This document shows positions 30,535 to 40,768 of a stretch of DNA of 64,000 nt, one piece after another. Numbering within the stretch: position 1 is the stretch's first letter; the number at the start of each line of letters is the position of its first letter. The notes beneath the pieces were generated by a model, which saw only the letters and a program-made list of their open reading frames with translations, searched no databases and had not been told where the DNA came from. The stretch comes from an uncultured Chloroflexia bacterium. Lineage in GTDB: Bacteria > Chloroflexota > Limnocylindria > Limnocylindrales > CSP1-4. Location of the stretch: assembly GCA_963752475.1 (NCBI GenBank), contig CAVVYR010000031.1, positions 1 through 64,000 on the forward strand, in the 5' to 3' direction. Position numbers and translations under genes: made by a program.

Positions 30535-30927
30535 GATGTACCTCCGACCGAGGACCCAGCGCCCTCGAATGCCTGGACTAGGGATTGGACGCGGTCTGCT
30601 CGTTCGTGAGTCCGGGGTCAGGTGTAAGGCGAGGTTGGGCACCGCTCGTCTGGGAAGGCGTGCCTCGGACGGAGACGTGGCTGTAGCCGCAGGGGAGGGC
30701 GGTCCGGATATCGATCGCGTCGGGATAGGCGCAACCGAGGTTCACGATCCGTTCATCCGTCGTCACACGCTTCTCAGCATCGACGACATCCAACGCCACG
30801 ATCCGGGCCTCCTTCCTGCAACCATTCTGCAACCCGGGCGCAACCTTCTCTATGGGCCGTTCAGCACATCCGGAAGTGACACTTCGGCTATTCCGTAATC
30901 GTTTTCATGAGCGTGGAGCGGGCGACC

Positions 30928-31968
30928 CTAGTCGTCCATCGAGTCGGACTCGACCGGCTTGCTGCGGTACCGGGTCACGAGCTCGCGGACGGCCGGCTGG
31001 TTGCGCACTGGTGGCAGGCCCTGCTCCATCAACGCGAGGTCATCGAGCACCATCTCGCCGATGTCGTCGAAGGCCTGTGGGATGCCGCCAGCTCGATGGG
31101 CCTGCAGCACCATGTTCTCGACCCCACGCGCGGGATGGTCGGCCGGAGCTGGCTCATCCGGCCAGACGTCGGTGGCGGCGTAGAAGCGGCCCTCGTCGAC
31201 GTAGCGCACCATGGCCTCGAAGTCCACCACCGCGGCGCGGCTGGAGAGGATGAGGCGGGCGCCTTGCGGGATGCGGCGCATGTTCTCGGCGTTGAGCAGG
31301 TGGGTCGACTCATCGGTGACGGTGGCAAGCACGAAGAGGAACGTGGATCCGGCCATGGCCTCCTCCAGCGAAGCCGGGACCATGCCGGCGTCGCGGATGA
31401 CCGCATCCGGCAGCCAGGGGTCATAGCAGCGCACGACGGAGGGACGGAAGGGCTCGAGCAGGGGCAGTAGCCTGCGGCCGATGTTGCCGTAGCCGAGGAT
31501 GCCCATGGGCGCTCCGCGCAGCAGGATCGCGTCGCCGGTCGACTGGAAGACGTAGCCCTCACGCCCTTCGCGGAAGGCGCGATCCTCGCGGCTGATCCCA
31601 CGCGCGAGGTCGATGGCCAACCCGAGGGAGAACTCGGCTACTGCCTGGGCATACGTGGGCATGCAGGCGACGACGTTGACGCCACGTTCGAAGCAGGCCT
31701 CGTAGTCGACGTTCTGGAAGAAGTTGCCCTCGACGTTGAGGATGCCGCGCAGCTTGGGTGCTCGCTCGAGGCGCTCGCGTGGCAGGTCCGGCTGGCCGAT
31801 GATGGCGAACACGTCCGGCAGGCAGGACTCGATGAGCTCCTCGGAGGGGTCTGCCTCGCCGTCGATGACGGTGTAGCGGTCGCGTAGTCGCCGCAGCGCA
31901 TCGTCGGTGAAGATGCGGCTGGTGTTCTGCGGCGCGGGTCGCAGCAGGACCACGGGCTTGTCGGACAT
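30928..31968 (-). CDS. D-isomer-specific 2-hydroxyacid dehydrogenase
   Basis: GYGNIG, SSR, DVWPDEP, AHRAG. Confidence 0.9.
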   Translation of the reverse strand: MSDKPVVLLRPAPQNTSRIFTDDALRRLRDRYTVIDGEADPSEELIESCLPDVFAIIGQPDLPRERLERAPKLRGILNVEGNFFQNVDYEACFERGVNVVACMPTYAQAVAEFSLGLAIDLARGISREDRAFREGREGYVFQSTGDAILLRGAPMGILGYGNIGRRLLPLLEPFRPSVVRCYDPWLPDAVIRDAGMVPASLEEAMAGSTFLFVLATVTDESTHLLNAENMRRIPQGARLILSSRAAVVDFEAMVRYVDEGRFYAATDVWPDEPAPADHPARGVENMVLQAHRAGGIPQAFDDIGEMVLDDLALMEQGLPPVRNQPAVRELVTRYRSKPVESDSMDD

Positions 31969-32061
31969 CGGGACCCTCCGGGGCTTGGCGTGCGGTCGAT
32001 GTGTCGAGGGTACCCCTCGCACGACCGCGAAGCTGCGAGCTCGTCGCTAGAATCGGCCGAT

Positions 32062-32889
32062 ATGACCGACCCCAGCCGTGAACCCGGGCGCGAGGCCGAC
32101 CGCCGCGGACGCCAGGCCCCAGCCATCCCCGAAGGCGCGACCATCGGCCCGCCCGACTTCATCGGCGTCGGCGTGCACAAGGCCGGTACGACCTGGTGGT
32201 GGGCGCTGCTCGTTGGCCATCCCCTCATCGACGGCGTGCCGCGGCGCAAGGAGCTGCACCTGCTCGACCGCATGAAGGACGAGCCCATCCCGCAGGCGAA
32301 GAAGGATTGGTACGAACGCCAGTTCCCGCGCCTGCCGGGACACCTGGCGGGGGAGTGGACCCCGCGCTACCAGGCCCTCCCGCGGATGCCCGGCATCATC
32401 GCGGAGGTGGCGCCGAACGCGAAGCTGCTGTCGATCGTGCGCGAGCCGGTCGAGCGCTATCGTTCCGGGCTCAACCAGTGGCACGCCGAGAGCCGCCGCC
32501 GCTCGCTGAAGCGCGATGAGAAGGCCGGCAAGCGCGAGGCTCGCATGCGTGGCTTCTACGGCCGGCAGATCGAGCGGCTGGCAGAGGCCGTGGGCCGCGA
32601 GAATATCCTCGTGCTGCAGTACGAGCAGTGCGTGCGCGATCCGTCGGGACAGTTCGCGCGCACGCTCGAGTTCCTGGAGCTGGAGCCGTACGATCCCGAC
32701 CCGCGCCTGGTCAAGACACGCGTCAATGAGACCGTCGGCGACAAGCGCGCGGTGCCCTCGAAGGACGAGCAGGAGCTGATCGAGGAGTACGAGCCGGAAG
32801 TCCTGCTACTCAAGGAGCAGATGCCCGACCTCGACCTCTCGCTCTGGCCGCGCTTCGCCCACCTGCGGGACGCCGATCGATCGTCCTAG
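32062..32889 (+). CDS. PAPS-dependent sulfotransferase
   Basis: PDFIGVGVHKAGTT (5'-PSB), KELH, REPVERYRS (3'-PB). Confidence 0.88.
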   Translation: MTDPSREPGREADRRGRQAPAIPEGATIGPPDFIGVGVHKAGTTWWWALLVGHPLIDGVPRRKELHLLDRMKDEPIPQAKKDWYERQFPRLPGHLAGEWTPRYQALPRMPGIIAEVAPNAKLLSIVREPVERYRSGLNQWHAESRRRSLKRDEKAGKREARMRGFYGRQIERLAEAVGRENILVLQYEQCVRDPSGQFARTLEFLELEPYDPDPRLVKTRVNETVGDKRAVPSKDEQELIEEYEPEVLLLKEQMPDLDLSLWPRFAHLRDADRSS

Positions 32890-32901
32890 CGGAGGTGCCT
32901 G

Positions 32902-35017
32902 CTACCAGCCGAAGAACTCCTGCACGGCCTTGAAGCCCTCCCCGGGCTCTTGCATCGTGGGCGGGTCGTAGTACAGCTTCGCTCCGCGGTAGGCGAGCAC
33001 GGCGACCAGGATCGCGCCGACAGCCTGCAGAGCGATGACCTCCGCCTTCGTCCACTGGATGCCGAGCCATTCGATGGTGTCCTGACCCATGCCGTTGTCC
33101 ATCTGGTCGGCCACGCGCCCGCTCGCCGGATCCACCAGCCACCAGCCCACCCGCTCGGTGCCGCCCAGCTCGACCGGGCGCTCGGGGGCGATGGCCACCC
33201 AGCCGTCATCCAGAGCTCGACGAAGCGTCTGCTTCGCCGACTCTGTGAAGGGCAGGGACCCCACCACCGCTGGGTCGCTGATGGCGGAGATGGCCTGTCC
33301 CTCGTCCTTGGCCACGTCGAAGACCTGCGCGACGCTGATGGAACCGTCGGATGATGCCGAGCCGAGACCGCTGCCTCCGACCATGCGCTCGGCAACGTTG
33401 GCCGCGATGCCCGGGATGGCCGCCGGGGTGCTGGCCACATCGACGCCGATGATGGGGAGCACGCCGTGGCTGCGGTGCCAGATGTCGATGGCGGTCTCAG
33501 CTACCAGCTCGCCGCTCGAGTCCAGCCCTGCACGAGCCGTCACGGCAGTGATGTTGGGCGCATCGACGAACGCGTCGACCCCCAACGGGCGAAGGGTGAA
33601 GCCCTCGGCCAGGTGGGTCACCATCTGCTGGGTCCAGGGCACGATGCTCATCAGGCGTTGATCCTCGTCTCCGAGGTCGAGCACGCCCGCGATGGGCGAG
33701 GGGTGACCGGTCGCGACCGTCAGCCAGGAAACGGCAAGGTCAGGCGCCAGCTCGGCGATCCCGTCGCCGTCGAGGTCGATCTGGCCATCGGGGCGCAGCG
33801 TCTCTGCGCTGACCTCGCCAGCCGCGCGCATCTCGGCGAGGTACTCGGTCGAAGATGGTGCGCCGGACCGTGACAGGCTCCGTGCCCGGCGACAGGATCG
33901 TGAGGTCGACCCACTCAGCGGTGGTCTCAGCAAGGCTGGGACTGGCATCGAAGAAGCCGCCTCCCAGACCGCCACCGTCGGCGGCCTCGGGATCGCCGAA
34001 GCTGATATCGTCGCCGGCCACCACGTCGTCGCCGATGGCCAGCACAGGATGGCGGCTGGTGATGCCCAGCACGGCTTCGAAGCGTTGCGCCAGCGCAGGA
34101 TCAGCGTCGGGTCCGACGTGTGCGATCACGATCGGTTCGTCGGCGACCTCGTGGGCCGGGATGGTCGCCTCGAGGATACGTTCCTGCGTCAGCTCGCCGT
34201 CCTCGAGCGTCTCCGCGATCACCGCCACCTCGAGCAGGTGCGTGCGCTCGGCAGGCACCTCGCGCAGCGTCTCGTCGGCTTCCGCCAGGGCCTCGCCGAA
34301 CGCCAACCCCGGCAGGCTGGGATCGAGGTCGACCCAGTTCCCTCGATCTCCGCCTGGAGCCAGGTATGGGCCGCGCGCTCGTCGTCCGGCAACGTGCTCG
34401 TCGCTCCCGAGAGGGTGATGCCGGCCTCCGAAGCGGCTGACTCGATGATGGTCAACGTCTCGGTAGTCTGCTCGAGCATCCAGGCGTCGACGTCCTCGGT
34501 CTGCGTCGTCCCGTCGTAGCCGGGCAGGTAGGTGGCCACACTCGGCACCTCCGGTGCCTCCTGATAGCCGGGCAGCTGACTGGACCAAGCGGCCGTGCGC
34601 TGCTCGTCGAGCGCGGGACCGTCGAGGATGGCCGCCTCCATGAGCTGCTCGGCCGCTTCGTCGTCGATAGCGCCCACCGCGAGGCGGGTGTCGATGCCCA
34701 GGGCCGCCAGCAGGCGGCCCAGCAACAGCGACTGGTCGACGGAGTTGCCCGCCCGGCCGAAGAACGTCGTGGCCGGACCTCGGAGCAGGCCGCTGTAGGG
34801 CTCGTAGCGGACGTGGTCCGCGACGAAACGGAAGATGGCCTCGGGGTCATTGCCAAGCTGGTCGAGCGAGAAGCACCGAGATCGGCAGCAGAGAGCGTGA
34901 GCGCCTCCTCTGCGGGGTCGACCGTTCCGGCCTCAGATCCTGTGCGCCCACTGCACCCGAGAGCGCCATGACGCCCGAGAGTGCGAGGGCCAGCGTGCGG
35001 GCGCTTCTGCCGATCAT
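32902..35017 (-). CDS. Secreted transglutaminase-like protein with C-terminal TM (frameshifted)
   Basis: Signal peptide at 35017 (ATGA overlap); IFRFV...YEPYSGLLRGP...AGNSVDQSLLL, HTWLQ, WVDLDP. Confidence 0.65.
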
Positions 35018-38000
35018 GATGCGTCCTCCTCGTCCGTGGTCAGCGACTCCGGTACTGCCAGTTCGTGCGTCTTGTCCTCACCGCCGACGAGCACGATGCC
35101 CTCGATCTCCAGCGGCGGGTCGGACCGGACCGCGAGCACGTACTCGCCGGGCTCGAGCTCGACGGCGTCACCGCCGACGGTCGTCGAGGCCACCGGCGCG
35201 GAGCGGTCGCTGACCGCATAGACGTCGACCGGCGCCGACACCGCCACGGTCACAGCGTCGACGAGCGCCTGGGCGTTCGCCGCGTCGTAGTACGTGCCGT
35301 TGTTGGACTCGGCCCAGCCACGCATCTGCTCCTTGACCGCGTCGTCACCGAGGGCGAAGCCGACGATGTTGAGCTTGATGTCGATGCCAGCATCCCGTAG
35401 CTGCGCGAGCGCCTCGGCCGGGTCCTCCTTGCAGGTGGCCTTGCCGTCGGTGACGAGCACGACCACCCGCTCGCCGGGCACATCCGCCAGGTCGTTCTGG
35501 ACCTCGCGGAGCGCGGCGGCTATGGGCGTGCCCGTCTTCTTGTCGATCTTGAGCTTGTTGAGGATGCCGACGGTGGCCTCGCGGTCGAGCGGACCGAGCC
35601 CCACCAGTTGGCGCGTCTCGCAGCCGGTCTTCTTGCCCGTCCCGCCGAAGACGCGCAGAGACACCGGCAGACCCTCGGCCAAGCCGGTGTTCACCAGTTT
35701 CTTCATCGAGTTCTTGGCGATGACGATGCGCTTCTTCCCATCGAGCCGCTTGTTCATGCTGCCGCTGGTGTCGAGGATGAGCGCGACCGCGGTGCCTCCC
35801 GCGAGCCCCAGCGTCTGGCCCTCCGGCGCGACCACCGAGAGCGACGCCGGCGTCCGGTCCACGAACGACGAGGTCGCGGTCAGGGTGTATGCGGCCGGCT
35901 GTCGCAACTGCGTGGACATGCGTTCGAAGGCGCGCTCCATGGCCGCGTGCGTGGTGGGGTAGTCGTAGACGCCGCTGCTGCTGGCAGCCCACGACTGCAT
36001 CATGTCGCGCGTCGACACCGGCCGTGAGTCGGCACCGACGTGCACCGTGTAGATCACGGGCCGGACATCGTCGAGTGCGGCCCAGAGATCGGGCGCGAGG
36101 TTGGTTCCGGTCTCGGCGTCGCCGATGGCCAACACCGCACGCGTGCCCTCTCGCCCCGCCAGCAGGTTGGTGGAGGCGAGGATGCCCGAGAGGATGTCGC
36201 TCGACTCCTTCACAGGCACGTAGTTGTTGACCGCGTCCTCGAGCACGTGCGGCTGGTCGGACCAGTCGTCGAGCAGCGGGGCCTCGTCGAAGGGCACGAT
36301 GACCGCGGTCTCCCGACCGGGCTCGATGCCCGCGGTGAACGCGCGCATGCCCTCGTACACGAAGTCGAGGTAGGGGCCCATGCTGCCGCTGGTGTCGAAG
36401 GTGAAGGCCACGTTGAACGGTGGCTGCACGACCTCCAGGTAGTAGGTGCCGGGCTCGACCACGGCCTCGTAGCGTTCGCGACCCTGCGTCCGACCGAGCA
36501 GCGGCAGCTCCCGCTGACCGCCGTCGGCGTCGAAGAGCGAGAGCTCGACCGCGACCGCAGGCACACCTTCCAACACGACTTCGATGGTGTTGTCACCCTC
36601 GGGCACGTCGAGCCGATACCAGTCGGGATCGTCGACGATGACTACGCGGTCGCTGCGTGGCTCGCCGCTGACGACCGCGGTGGCCTCCGCCAGCGTGTCT
36701 CCCGCGTCCGGACCGAGCGCTGCTGCCGTGTCGGCCTCGTCGGACAGCCATTCGTAGGGCCCCACACGCGAGGTGTAGCCCCACTCCCCGAGGATGGATC
36801 GATAGGTCTGGTCCGGCGCGCGTTCGATGATGTCGATGCGGCCCGGCAGCTCCAGCGAGCGAACCTCCGTCGGATCGACGGTGAGAGCCAGGCGAACGTA
36901 GCGCGCCCACGTCGGCGCCTCGAGCACGAACGGCTCGACGCTGCCGTCGTCAGCCCGGGCCAGGTCCCACCAGCCGAGGGTCTCCCAGGGACCCAAGGGA
37001 CCGTCGGTGCTGACCTCGACCTCGAGCGCGCGGATGTGGTCGTCGGGCCGCGTGTCCTCAGGATCCGTCCAGCGCAGCTCCGTGATCTGCGCGGCCCGGG
37101 CCTCGTGGAACCCCAGGACGAGCTCGAGCCGACCCTCGCCCTCACGATCGAAGCTCGCGTTCTCGCGTCGCAACTCGTCGTCGAGGAGGCTCGTGTCCTC
37201 CGGGCCTCCAAGGTGCGGCGCGGACCAGGCCACGTGCCCGCCACGGATGGGGTCGCTGATGTCGTCGGGCATGGGCTCGAGGAGCGAACCCGGCTCGGCG
37301 ATGACCTTCCACTCGCCGATGCTCACGAAGTCCCGGCCGCCATCGCCATGGAGCGCATGCACTCGGAGCATGGCGTGCGTGGCCGGCACCGGGGTCTCGA
37401 GCGTGAAGTGCTGATCGATGGGCAGCGGCTCCGCGCGATCGGTAAGGACCGACTGCCAATCCTGGCCATCGGTCGAGAGCAGGAGTTCGAAGTCGCGTGG
37501 CATCTCGTAGACCCTCGAGCCGCGTGCGAGCGGGTTCAGCACCATGCCGGCGACCGGGACGGGAGCCTCGCCGGCCAGATCGACCACGAGCTCGATGGGC
37601 AAGTCTCCGATGCTCCCACCGAAGCCGCCGCCCGCGGGCGTGACGCCGTCATACATGAATGCTTCCCGGTCTGGTTCGACCGTGCCCAGGTGGACACCAC
37701 CGAGCGCCGCGGCGGCGAGGTTCAGCCCGCCCAGCAGCGGCTCCGGCACGGTCCAGACCCCCTGGGGTGCCACAGGCTCGGCTCCGGCGACGCCTTCGAT
37801 GACGGCCTCCGTCGAGACCAGGCCTCCGTCGACGGTGCGGGCGGCCGCATGAACGTGGACCGGCCAATCGGACCAGGCATCGGGCAACACCGCCAGGGTC
37901 ACCGGCACGTCGGCCTTCGTCCCGCCCGGGACCATGACCGTCGAAGACTCCGGCGTAGGCATGAAGGCGTAGTGGTCGCTGAGCAACTCCAGCTCGAGAT

Positions 38001-39930
38001 CGAGGTCGTCCGCACCCTGGTTGTCGAGCGTGAGCGTGCCACTGACAGCCTGGGCCTCGGTCCAGTAGGCCGCCACGGTCTCGGCATCGAGTGTCAGCGT
38101 CACCTCCAGCTCCGGCGCGGACGGCGGCTCCGCGGGTGTCCAGCCGGGCGCGTCCAGGCGCACGCTGTAGGGACCCTCGACCGCGACTTCGAGGTACAGC
38201 GGCACGCCGGCCGGGGCCTCGGTCGCGGTGAAGTCTCCGTCCTCACCCTGCTCCAGGTCGACCCGATCGTTGGCGTCAGGGTCGGAGTAGAGCCGCGCGG
38301 CCGGACGCTCGCCTTCGATGGTGATGGTGGCCGGTCCGGCCGTCTCGAGCGGCGGCAGCCAGTAGCCGTCGGCGTCGCGGCCATAGGTCGCCTGGCCACC
38401 ACTCCAGGTCAGCGTCGCCGGCACCTCGCGGGCGAAGCCGAAGGTGTCGTTGGGCTCGGCATCGACCGGGATGTGGAACGGATCGAGCCGATCCATGGTC
38501 AGCTCGTAGCCGCCGTCACCGACGCTGCGGGGGTCGAGCGTCAGCAGGTAGTCGCCCGCCTCCAGCCACAAGTCGGCCTCGATCTCCGCTCCCGGCTCCA
38601 CTGCGGAAGCGCGGAACACCTCGAGGCCGCCCGTCTCGAGCCGGAGGTGGGTATCAGCACCCTCCGGCTGCGCCAGCCGGAGTCGCGAGCCGCCTGGTGC
38701 GGCCAGCGTGAAGCGGAAGACATCGTGGTCCTCGACCGTGGGCAGCCGGCCGACCTTGCGCTCACCGATGCGATAGGGCTCTGCCCGGACGTCGTCGTTG
38801 TTCGGCTCGCGCTCGGCCTCCGGGTCGGGCACACCCATGGGCACCAGCGTGATGGTGTAGTCGTCCTTGCCCAGCTCATCGTCGTCGCAGCCCGCGACCA
38901 TGAAGCGGTGGCGACCAGGCCCCAGGTAGAGATCCTCGAGGACGGCCGACGTGGCCTGACATGCGGGCCGCGTGGAGGCGACCTCCCGGGACCCGCGCAC
39001 CCAACGCACCTCATCGAGCATGCCCTCGGCCTCCAGGTTCCAGAGCTGCGGCTCACCTTCGACCACGAAGTCGAGGTAGTCGTCATCGACACGGCTGACG
39101 CGTCCGCGGGCCGTGGTCCCTTCTCTGACCAGGGTGGCCCGGATGGGCAGGTCATTGGGTTCCGCTTCGGAGGCCATGTCGCGAGGGCCCAGCGGGAGCA
39201 CCCTGAGCTCGTATGAGGCCGTCTCGTCCTCGGTGCCACTCACGTGGAGCTGATGCATCCCCGGTTCCAGGAGCAGGTCGGTCAGCGCCTGTGGGCCCTG
39301 GCCCTGACGACACTGCAGGTCCCGGTCCTCGGAGTCGCGCAGGCAGAGCTTGTGGGAGCCCTCACCGGTGGGGATGAGCTCGATGTCGCGCAGCTGCGTG
39401 TCGCCTGCAGCGACGTTCAGCACGTAGCGGTCATCGTCGTTGGTGTCGCGGGCCAGCCGGCCGGTCGTCGCGACGTCATCGGCAAGGGGCAGCGCCAGTG
39501 CCACGTCGTCGTTGGGCTCCGCGTCGAACCGCTCATCCTCGGGGAAGGCCGTCAGCTCGAACGGGAAGTCCGAACGCTCGACGGTGATCTCGTACTCGCC
39601 GGGCTCGAGCGCCAGATCGAAGAGGGCGGCACGGTCGGCGGCATCGGCCCTGCCGAGGTCGGCCCCGTCGGCGTCACGCAGCCCGATCCGCGTGCGCTCG
39701 CCGGCGGGCACGGTCGACTGCAGCCGCCAGTACTCATCGGGCGTGGTCACGGTCCAGGCATACACGGCGCGCTCCTCGGTAGAGGACCCGCTCGTGGTGA
39801 ATGCATCGACGACCGGCGTCGATGCGTCCTCCTGCGCGGTGGCTACGATGGGTACTGACGCGACGATCAGGACGACGGACAGCATGGACGCGGAGGCGCG
39901 GCGGAGCGCGCGGGGGAGAGCACTCATCAC
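35014..39930 (-). CDS. Large secreted protein: EPND/PPC-like repeats, discoidin-like domains, two VWA domains
   Basis: Four EPN(D/N) repeats, FELLLSTDGQDW and EVEVSTDG, two DTSGSM MIDAS motifs. Confidence 0.88.
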   Translation of the reverse strand: MMSALPRALRRASASMLSVVLIVASVPIVATAQEDASTPVVDAFTTSGSSTEERAVYAWTVTTPDEYWRLQSTVPAGERTRIGLRDADGADLGRADAADRAALFDLALEPGEYEITVERSDFPFELTAFPEDERFDAEPNDDVALALPLADDVATTGRLARDTNDDDRYVLNVAAGDTQLRDIELIPTGEGSHKLCLRDSEDRDLQCRQGQGPQALTDLLLEPGMHQLHVSGTEDETASYELRVLPLGPRDMASEAEPNDLPIRATLVREGTTARGRVSRVDDDYLDFVVEGEPQLWNLEAEGMLDEVRWVRGSREVASTRPACQATSAVLEDLYLGPGRHRFMVAGCDDDELGKDDYTITLVPMGVPDPEAEREPNNDDVRAEPYRIGERKVGRLPTVEDHDVFRFTLAAPGGSRLRLAQPEGADTHLRLETGGLEVFRASAVEPGAEIEADLWLEAGDYLLTLDPRSVGDGGYELTMDRLDPFHIPVDAEPNDTFGFAREVPATLTWSGGQATYGRDADGYWLPPLETAGPATITIEGERPAARLYSDPDANDRVDLEQGEDGDFTATEAPAGVPLYLEVAVEGPYSVRLDAPGWTPAEPPSAPELEVTLTLDAETVAAYWTEAQAVSGTLTLDNQGADDLDLELELLSDHYAFMPTPESSTVMVPGGTKADVPVTLAVLPDAWSDWPVHVHAAARTVDGGLVSTEAVIEGVAGAEPVAPQGVWTVPEPLLGGLNLAAAALGGVHLGTVEPDREAFMYDGVTPAGGGFGGSIGDLPIELVVDLAGEAPVPVAGMVLNPLARGSRVYEMPRDFELLLSTDGQDWQSVLTDRAEPLPIDQHFTLETPVPATHAMLRVHALHGDGGRDFVSIGEWKVIAEPGSLLEPMPDDISDPIRGGHVAWSAPHLGGPEDTSLLDDELRRENASFDREGEGRLELVLGFHEARAAQITELRWTDPEDTRPDDHIRALEVEVSTDGPLGPWETLGWWDLARADDGSVEPFVLEAPTWARYVRLALTVDPTEVRSLELPGRIDIIERAPDQTYRSILGEWGYTSRVGPYEWLSDEADTAAALGPDAGDTLAEATAVVSGEPRSDRVVIVDDPDWYRLDVPEGDNTIEVVLEGVPAVAVELSLFDADGGQRELPLLGRTQGRERYEAVVEPGTYYLEVVQPPFNVAFTFDTSGSMGPYLDFVYEGMRAFTAGIEPGRETAVIVPFDEAPLLDDWSDQPHVLEDAVNNYVPVKESSDILSGILASTNLLAGREGTRAVLAIGDAETGTNLAPDLWAALDDVRPVIYTVHVGADSRPVSTRDMMQSWAASSSGVYDYPTTHAAMERAFERMSTQLRQPAAYTLTATSSFVDRTPASLSVVAPEGQTLGLAGGTAVALILDTSGSMNKRLDGKKRIVIAKNSMKKLVNTGLAEGLPVSLRVFGGTGKKTGCETRQLVGLGPLDREATVGILNKLKIDKKTGTPIAAALREVQNDLADVPGERVVVLVTDGKATCKEDPAEALAQLRDAGIDIKLNIVGFALGDDAVKEQMRGWAESNNGTYYDAANAQALVDAVTVAVSAPVDVYAVSDRSAPVASTTVGGDAVELEPGEYVLAVRSDPPLEIEGIVLVGGEDKTHELAVPESLTTDEEDAS

Positions 39931-40018
39931 GCGGCGAGGATAGCGTCGCGGCCACGAAGGTGAAAGTGTGACCTGCGCTAGTCTGGCCGTCGCATCAGCA
40001 TCGGAGGCACACGACAGC

Positions 40019-40732
40019 ATGCTCCTGTGGGGTCTGTACATCGACCCGCTCTACATCGTCCTCTTCATCGCCACCCTGGTCATCTCAGGCGCGGCGCAGG
40101 TCTTCATCCGCTCCCAGTTCGGCAAGTACAGCGCCATCCGCAACGCGTCAGGACTGTCCGGCGCGCAGGTGGGCCAGCGCATCGTCGACAACGTGGACTT
40201 CGGTGGCAGCCGGGGGTCGGCCACAGGCATCAGCTTCAAGGTCGTGCCGGGCAACCTGTCGGACCACTTCGACCCTCGCACCAAGGAGATCGGCCTCAGC
40301 GGTGAGGTTGCCCAGCGTGACTCGGTCGCGGCCATGGCCGTCACCGCCCACGAGGTCGGTCACGCCCAGCAGGATGCTGAGGGCACGTTCGCCATGCGCG
40401 CCCGCGCGTTCCTGGTGCCGGCTGTCACGTTCAGCCCGACGCTGAGCTACATCCTCATCTTCATGGGCCTGATCTTCAACCTCACCGGCCTTTTCTGGAT
40501 CGGCATCGTGGTGTTCGCCCTGATGGTCGTCTTCAGCATCCTCACGCTGCCCGTGGAGATCGGGGCCAGCCGCCGGGCATTGGTGATGCTGCGCGAGAGC
40601 GGCCTGATGACCACCGCGGAAGAGGAGCAGGGCGTGAAACGCGTGCTCACCGCGGCCGCCATGACCTACGTCGCTGCCGCCGTGACGTCGATCCTGACGC
40701 TGCTCTACTACATCTCCATCGCCCGCCGCTAG
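40019..40732 (+). CDS. Neutral zinc metallopeptidase (YugP-like)
   Basis: LSDHFDP, AHEVGHAQQ, TLPVE, AAMTYVAA. Confidence 0.92.
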   Translation: MLLWGLYIDPLYIVLFIATLVISGAAQVFIRSQFGKYSAIRNASGLSGAQVGQRIVDNVDFGGSRGSATGISFKVVPGNLSDHFDPRTKEIGLSGEVAQRDSVAAMAVTAHEVGHAQQDAEGTFAMRARAFLVPAVTFSPTLSYILIFMGLIFNLTGLFWIGIVVFALMVVFSILTLPVEIGASRRALVMLRESGLMTTAEEEQGVKRVLTAAAMTYVAAAVTSILTLLYYISIARR

Positions 40733-40768
40733 CGCCAGCGACAGAGACCGCAAGACCGGCGTCCTCCT

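Noticed and set aside
36040-39216. 1058-aa plus-strand ORF
   Set aside because: Antisense shadow of the VWA protein gene; no motifs.
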